The notes beneath the pieces were generated by a model. That model did not search any database. It was not told the origin of the DNA and worked only from the letters and a program-made list of their open reading frames with translations. From NCBI GenBank assembly GCA_016748015.1, contig JAAOMT010000003.1, positions 934,373 to 998,372 of the forward strand: a stretch of 64,000 nucleotides of DNA, in the 5' to 3' direction. Each line of letters starts with the position of its first letter. The stretch's first letter is position 1. This document shows positions 57,114-64,000 of this stretch, piece after piece. Source of the stretch: Geosiphon pyriformis uo1. Lineage: Eukaryota > Fungi > Glomeromycota. The position numbers and the translations under genes were made by a program.

Positions 57114-57372
57114 GTTTGAAATACTGATTTGAATGAGATTTCTTAGAATTTGTTTTTTTTACAATAGTCCAATTCTTTGTTAGGCGCTAGAGTTAAAATC
57201 ATCATTCGTGTGACATCCCTTGTTTCTGAATAAAAAATATTATATTTTACAATATTTATTTCAACAAATATTTATTAATACAAAACAAAATTTTAATACA
57301 AATTTTATAATGTAAAAAAATTTAATATTTTAAAATGTAAAATTACTATTATGCAAAAAAACTTAATTAAAA

Positions 57373-57903
57373 TCATGTTGTAATGTTGTAATCTATTGAT
57401 GTACACATGTTGCGATAAAATCTTTCTCGAAGGTCGAGGCGACCACCTCCAAGATAAAAAACCCCAAAGCCTAAAATTCCGAATATGAATAAGACTTGGT
57501 ACAGGTTCATACTTGTATCTTGATCATCAGTGGCGTTAAGGCAGTGAAATTGGAATCCTTCAAGATTAAGTGTATACCTGCCAGGATGATTTCCAAGCGT
57601 TTGGAGACGCTGTTGAGATTTGCTATAAGTTAGGTCGAGTTGTTGGACTAGGAAAGTTTCACCTAGTGAAGTTTGTTGATCGTCATGCCGATTAAGAAAC
57701 TCGAATTGAAAAGTTTCTGGAGGTGCGAACGTTTGGAAGAAGCAGAGAAAGCACTTGATGTCCTCTTTATTTTTCAGCAATTTGGGTTTTATGATAATCT
57801 TGTTAAATTCGGGATTTCGGTTGATTAGAAGAAGGCTTGATAAATCTGGAAAATTTTCTCGTAATCTATCTAGAAGTGAGCCAACTCCTCGTGTAATTTG
57901 CAT
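57373..57903 (-). CDS. Hypothetical protein, 176 aa, single C-terminal transmembrane segment
   Basis: Intact intronless ATG ORF with gene-like composition between AT-rich flanks. Hydrophobic LYQVLFIFGILGFGVFYLGG near the C-terminus. No family recognised. Confidence 0.6.
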   Translation of the reverse strand: MQITRGVGSLLDRLRENFPDLSSLLLINRNPEFNKIIIKPKLLKNKEDIKCFLCFFQTFAPPETFQFEFLNRHDDQQTSLGETFLVQQLDLTYSKSQQRLQTLGNHPGRYTLNLEGFQFHCLNATDDQDTSMNLYQVLFIFGILGFGVFYLGGGRLDLRERFYRNMCTSIDYNITT

Positions 57904-58189
57904 CGTTAAAATCAGAGTATGAAATTTTTTTTACCAAAAATCTTTTGCAAGCAATTTATAAAAATTCAAATTCTTGATTTCATCCAGAATTGAAAACCTG
58001 TTTTTATTTGTGTTCGAACTGTACCATGGAAAAATCCTTTATTTTCTTGATATAAAATAAATGAATACAAAAAAGGTTGTTTTCAATTGAGTTGAAAATC
58101 TCGATGGAATACTTTTCCCACGCCATAAATCAAATTTGCCATTGATGAGATACAATATTAGTTCACTAATTAAGAAAATAAAATGGTGT

Positions 58190-59620
58190 CTATCCATTTT
58201 CATCTTTGCCAATTACAGCCCTGCAATTCCGGCAGTTGTACACTTCGAACCCTCCAATGCTTTTATGTTGCCACACCAGCTACAAGTCTTGGATTTATAA
58301 GACTCATTTGGATACAACACGGACTCCTAACTCCTCGGCCTTGGCGATCAGACATTGATGGAAACGGTAATGTGCCCAGGGAAGCATTTTCTACACAGTC
58401 TTCGTATAATTTTTTCGGCTTACGATTTCTGAAATCTCAAATGACGGGATAAAGATTGCTTCAAGCTCTCGAGTGAAGAAGACGATCGCCTTCATTCTGC
58501 AGACGCATAATCCTTCGCCGTAGGTGGGAGACTGCTTTTTCAAGTTGCCGGCCCCTGCATTTCTTACGAGACACCCAGTTTAGCTTTTTTGGAATTAGGA
58601 CATCCATATACTTGTGCACACGAACAATTCGTCCGATATCATTAGAGCCTATTTTACCATGCCTCTATAGGGAGAATACCAAGTGAAGGGTATGCGAACG
58701 CCAGGACCAATAGAGACTACATGGGTGGAGCTGTCCGCTTGGTTTTCGCGGATTTGTCTTTGCGTCTCATAGACCAAGGAAAATCTCCATTCGTTGGTTT
58801 TTTGAGAATATGTAGATTTGCCATCAGATGTAATCTTGTGCGGATAGGACGACTTATTACTTGTGCGTTTAGTTTCGAAGTGAAAAGGCAATAGCATACG
58901 TCTATCCTATAGGAAGTTTTGAATTAAAAAAATGTAGTTCTAGAATTTTTTTAAGAAACTAAAATCCTTATCTTGCATATGCATAACTGGTGAAGTGTGA
59001 ATATAAGACAAAAAATGATCCCAAGATGATGAAAAATTCAGAGCGCGAATTGTAATAGTCTGATGCAATGACTTATGTGATCGGAAAGAAAGATGATGTG
59101 CTGGCGTACCTTGTTATCGCTTTGTATTACGTCTAATAATTCTGATCAATAGCCTCATCCGTGATATTAGCAGGGCTCTACAAAACTCTTGTTTGCCCCA
59201 GATCCCGAAGCATCATAGACTTCGGCCATTTCTTTTCCGTAATATCATTTTACCACAACACCTTTTGTTCCACCCGACTACGGTATAAACGCAAATCTAT
59301 CTATCGCTTCAGAAGCTACCTCTGCACCTTGACCAGCAACGTGTAGGTGAGAGTTTCTCCCGAATGTCGTCACTTGTTGCATACCGCCATTGTACTGGAT
59401 TTTTCTTGTGCTTTTTGCTTGTTCTGCGATGAAGACAGTGTTGCTGGTGGAGATTTGATCGTCGAGAACGACGAATTTGCAGAATGGAGGGAGATGTATT
59501 GAAGGAGGTCGAGAATGGGTACCCACAATTCTGGGAAAGGACCCGCTTTTGTCGCCCGAGATCCTCTTCCGTAGAGGATGCCTTTTGTATGTTTAATTTG
59601 TAAAAATCGCTTTTCAATTC
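58190..59620 (-). pseudogene. Fanzor2-like (eukaryotic IS607 TnpB-derived RuvC nuclease) pseudogene
   Basis: Colinear motifs across shifting minus-strand frames: LSQ/LWVP, LRLYRSRVEQKVLW, SPANITDEAI, LSFRSHKSLHQTITIRA, ENQA..VVSIGPGVRIPFTWYSP (RuvC-I), GKIGSNDIGRI, AIFIPSFEISEIV (RuvC-II), KMLPWAHYRFHQCLIAKAEELG, ESYKSKTCSWCG...CRNC (Zn ribbon), GKDENG (RuvC-III). Confidence 0.9.
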
Positions 59621-59799
59621 ATTTCGACTTGCTTATTCTAATCACAAATCTCATTAGCTATCCAATAAAGTAGCCTTTCTTGGCAGCATGCAGATATTCA
59701 TGACAAAACACATGAATTAAAAATTAATTTACAAATAGTCATTTTCAATATTTGATTTATTTTAAAATGAGAAGTATAACAACCCTTTTTTTTATTGAT

Positions 59800-62700
59800 T
59801 TTTTGACAATGCATACATCTTTATTAAAAGTCTTATTTTTTTTATTCTTTAAAAATTTGCTACTTTAGTCTTTCATATTGTTTAAATTTAAGGTTTTAAA
59901 TCTGTTTATTCAAAAGTTTTTTTAATAATAGTAGTAATAAAAAATGGTAAAAAAAAGCTAAAGTTAAGTTTTATTAATACAAAGTATAAAAAAACAAAAC
60001 CATTATAATTCTAATAATAGCAAAAACAAAATAATATTTTTAAATAATAATAATATAATTAATAAAAACAAAAATAGTTTATAAATAATATATTTATACA
60101 ATTAACAAAAATCAAAAAATTAAATTTAAAAAAGGTATACTGTTTATTATAAAACATAAATACCAAAAAAAATATTGTTGTATTTTTGTATTTTGCTTTA
60201 TTGTTTTAATTTAAAAAAAACTTTTATTATTAATATATTTTTATTATTATTATTTAATATGTAAACTCAATCAAAACCTAATATAATATAACAATTTTAA
60301 TGCTTTAAATTAAGTATAATTCATATTTTTTCTATATATAATCAGACATAAACCCAGTTTAGATTAAATTACATTGAATTTATAAAAAAAAAATTATTCT
60401 TAAGTGTTATTTTCTGTATAATAATAATAATAAATATATTATTATTTTTAACAAAACTACTTAATTATACAATAGTTGTATTTGTATTAGATTTGACAAA
60501 ATCAAGTTAATGCTTCCAAAAAAAAATCAACTTAATATAAAATTCATTATTAAGAAGATTAATATTATACTTATTTATATATTTAATATTAAAACTATAC
60601 TTATTTTTAATAATTATTATATCTATAGAAAGCTAACTTATAATTTTACCAAAAACAAATACATTATTTTATACAACACAAACCAAACTTTTAAATTCTA
60701 TATATAAAGCAAAAAAAATGTTCAAAAAAATAGTAATTAAAGCAATTAAAAAATTAATAAACTTAATAACAGATTTAATCAAAGCAATTAAACTTAAAAT
60801 TTAAAACTTCAATTTAAAATTAGTAACAGAATTAATAATAGACAATAACAAAAAACAGCAAAAAAAGAAAACAAAAAAGCAAAAGTTTCAACATAAGATT
60901 TTTTACTAATAAAAAAAAACAAAAAACATAAAACCAATAACTAATTTAGTAAACAACTTAAAAAAAAATAATATCTTGTAATTTTTAAATATATAATCTA
61001 ATTCTTAATATTTATAACAATAATAATACTTAAGAGTTTTTTACCAAATATAATTATTGATTTAAAAACTATATTATTAATTCTAAAAGCAATACAACCA
61101 AAAAAAAATTAACTAATTTGGTTTTAAAATTTTTTTTTAAAATAATAATCTTTTTTTAATTAAAAAAAAATCTAAATATTATCTTTTTTAATTAATACAG
61201 ATTAATTATTAAAAACAAAAACAGCAAAAAAAAAGTTTTTAAAAGTTATAATAGCATATTGTTACAAGTTAACAAACTTTAATTTTATTAAAATAATAAT
61301 ATTAAAAACACCAAAAATATTTTTAATATTAATAAAAAAATATAACAAGAAAGATATTATGAAGTACAACAAAAATAAAAAAAAAGATTCAGAAATTACT
61401 ACAAAAAATTTTGTAACTTTAAGTATAATTAAAAAAAACCCATTAATAAAAATTTTAATAATAACAATCAAAGAATTTTTAAAAGCAAAATTCAAACAAA
61501 TTAACTTAATATTGTTTTTAAAAATTAACTTAAATTTAACAAAGCCAAATAACAAATAAAACAAAAAATCAATTAAGATTAATTTAACTTTAAAAATAGT
61601 ACCAAGTATTAAAATAGAAGCTACTTATTTAAAAAAATTTTAATAATTGAAAATTGTTTTTTATATACTATTAAAAACAATATTAAAAAACAAAAAAACA
61701 AAAGTTAATTTAGTTGTTATTAAAAAAATTTTATTTAAGATTTTATTTAAAACTACAAAAGAGTTTAATATAATAATAGCAAATACAAATAACTATTATT
61801 GTTTTTTTGATTTTCTGGTTTTTTTGGCTATTTATAAAGTAATAATAATAATATTAGTAATAAGAACAGAAAAAACCAACTTGTTAATTAGTGTTATTTA
61901 TAGAAAAGTACAAGAAAAAAAATAGGAAAAACAGATAAAAAATAAACCAATAGGAAAATAAGACTTAGCAAATAAGCACAATATCAGTAAATTATGGTAC
62001 ACTGTTTAACAATAAGCATATTGTCAAAAAATTATGACATATTACTTAACAATAAGCATATTGTCAAAAAAAATAAGACATATTGCTCAAGAAAATATAA
62101 GATTTTATATATAATAAAAGTATTAAAAATAGAAAAAGTAATTCCAGAAGAATTTAATAAAGTTCATATTAATTTAGAACAATACTTCTTTCTTTAAAAA
62201 ATAGTTTTTTACAACTTGAAATGAAATTATTTTTATATTAATAAAATTATCTATTATCATTGAATCCATATTATTATCATTTAATTAAGAATATTAATTA
62301 CTTTTGTCACTATTAACACTTTATATTAATAAAATCCAATATTTAACTATATTAGAACAATAGCTCTTGATTATGACTATTAACAGAATACTAATTTTTT
62401 ATTTTTTTTTATTTTATTTTTTTTATTTTTTATTTTTTTGTTGTTTATTAATTAATTAAAAAGATTAAGCACTAAGTATTTGACATTAAAAATAGTCTGA
62501 TAAAAGACCCAAAAATAAAAGTAAAAATTTAAGAATAGCTTATTAAAAAAGCATAACTGTCAAAATAAACTAGTCATCATATTAAAAAAAAAAATTTATG
62601 AAAAAAATTATTAATTGAATCTTTGTCCATTATACAAAAAACTTAATCAAAATCTTCAGAAATAATTAACTTTACCAACCATTAAATACCAAGTTATGAG

Positions 62701-63720
62701 TTTGTTATTTGTTTCAATACTTTAAATAATCATTTATAATACTGGTTTATTATTAAAAACTTTAAAACTTTTAAAAAGAATAAAAACAATATTTGAACTA
62801 ATCTGTATGTATTTCTTGAAAAAAACTTTAATTAAAAAAAATTACTAGTTAAAGATAAAAAAATGTCTTAGAAACTGCTTTTAATAATTTATTATTACTA
62901 ATATTTAAGAAAAATATTACCAAGATATTTTGTTTAATTGTTTTAATAATAAAAAAATCTTCTTTTATTAAAATTTTATTAGTTATTATAAAAAAAGCAA
63001 TATTTGAAACTTTTTTACTTTTTGTTTTAATTATGGTCATAAAAATAGGAAAAAAAAAGTATATTAATATTAATATTAAAAAAATTTTTTTAAATATTTT
63101 TATATTTGTTTAAAAAAACAGCTTATAAAAAAATTGTTTTTATTTTTAGATTAAATAAAATTATTATAATAAAAAAATAATATAATTGAAAAATTAATGT
63201 AAAATTTACATATATATAATTAAATTAAAAAAAATTAATAGTCAAAATAAAAATATTAATAAAAAAATTGAATTACATATTTGTATTTTGGTTTTTTTGG
63301 TAATTATACATAAATATAAATAATTAATTTACTATTTACTTATTTAAAAAAAATTAATAGATTTATTATACTATAATACAATAAAACCAAAAAAAAATTT
63401 AACAATAAAAACATTTAATTATTTTAATAAATTGTTTTATAATAAAATAAAATAAATTAAGTTAATATTATTAAATTATAAAAATAAACAATAATTATTA
63501 AATTAATATAATTAACATAAAAAATATTAAAACAATTTAAAATATTAAAAAAAAATTATAATATTAATATAAATTAAAATTAAAATATAGTATTATTAAT
63601 TAAAATTTAGTTTAAAAACTTTTCTAAATTTTTTTTAATTTTATTATCAACATAGAATTTTTTTATTGTTTAATATTTACAATTTAATAAATTGTTTTAT
63701 GTTTTAAAATATAATTTAAT
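59800..63720. other. Extremely AT-rich zone, probable hypermutated repeat relic
   Basis: G and C nearly absent. Residual K/I/N/L-rich frames and A-rich strand bias; abuts a probable LINE 5' end. Confidence 0.55.
62006..62086. repeat. Tandem duplication of a ~40-bp unit (2 copies, ~20-bp subunits)
   Basis: TTAACAATAAGCATATTGTCAAAAAA... starts at both 62006 and 62046. Confidence 0.85.
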
Positions 63721-63731
63721 TATAAAAAAAC

Positions 63732-64000
63732 TTCTTTCTCTCTTACTTCCACAAACCCTCAAAAAGCGCTTTTCTGATAAAGAAGTTTTTTTTTTATTTT
63801 TATTTCTCTTATTAGTATTTCACAATTTCTCTTTCTAATAACCCATTTTTCATGGATCTGGAGACTGTCTCTAATAGCAACATGTCTAAAAAAAAGGCAC
63901 CAAAGGGTGCTTTTTATAGTCCTGCTGGTGATTTCTTCTTACAAAAGAAGAAAGTCATGTTTGGGAATGTTAAACACTCAGGTGATGAAAAGGATATTTC
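63732..64000 (+). mobile_element. Probable 5' end (pyrimidine-rich UTR + ORF1 start) of a second LINE, running off the window
   Basis: Abrupt compositional change at ~63732. ATG 63852 opens MDLETVSNSNMSKKKAPKGAFYSPAGDFFLQKKKVMFGNVKHSGDEKDI, CpG-poor like the upstream LINE. It resembles from memory the ORF1 N-termini of this family. Confidence 0.6.

Noticed and set aside
59040-59109. GTACGC donor at 59109 (minus) as start of a long Fanzor intron
   Set aside because: The following sequence translates to the Fanzor-like LSFRSHKSLHQTITIRA, so it is coding relic, not intron.
59540-59600. LYGRGS resembling the C-terminus of an IS607 TnpA serine recombinase upstream of Fanzor
   Set aside because: Six residues only; no resolvase catalytic motif upstream, and another frame explains the region as Fanzor N-terminus.
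58183-59617. ORF-track entries 58183-58452(+), 59161-59346(+), 59278-59526(-), 59309-59617(-) as separate genes
   Set aside because: Antisense or partial frames of the Fanzor pseudogene.
62006-62086. Possible CRISPR-like repeat
   Set aside because: Two adjacent copies with no unique spacers, in eukaryotic context, with no cas genes.
60510-63040. K/I/N/F-rich ORFs as real genes
   Set aside because: Composition is dictated by near-pure AT sequence; no motifs.
1-64000. tRNA, rRNA or other structured RNA genes
   Set aside because: None recognised by eye; tRNAscan-SE/Infernal would be needed to exclude them.

Overview
AT-rich eukaryotic (fungal) genomic DNA with short GT-AG introns, many microsatellites and one assembly gap. 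Gene content (Sel1-repeat protein, PTR2, LITAF, SMG6-like gene) and the LINE family suggest an early-diverging fungus, most plausibly Glomeromycotina. The LINE ORF1 resembles, from memory, repeats of Geosiphon pyriformis; this is inference, not a search result. Host genes: a fungal transcription factor with a middle homology domain, two Ser/Thr-rich surface proteins (one 5-exon gene missed by the ORF track), a purple/tartrate-resistant-type acid phosphatase, a Sel1-repeat protein, a LITAF-domain protein, a POT/PTR2 peptide transporter, an SMG6/Est1-like PIN nuclease, AP-3 beta adaptin and an orphan membrane protein. Mobile DNA: a 5'-truncated, heavily C>T/G>A-mutated LINE (APE-RT-RNase H) with a recognisable TSD, an internally deleted PIF/Harbinger-like element with TIRs and an ATT TSD, the probable 5' end of a second LINE, and near-pure-AT relic zones. 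The most notable hidden element is a frameshifted Fanzor2 (eukaryotic IS607-TnpB-like RNA-guided nuclease) relic on the minus strand at about 58190-59620. It is invisible as a single ORF and probably carries a spliceosomal intron.
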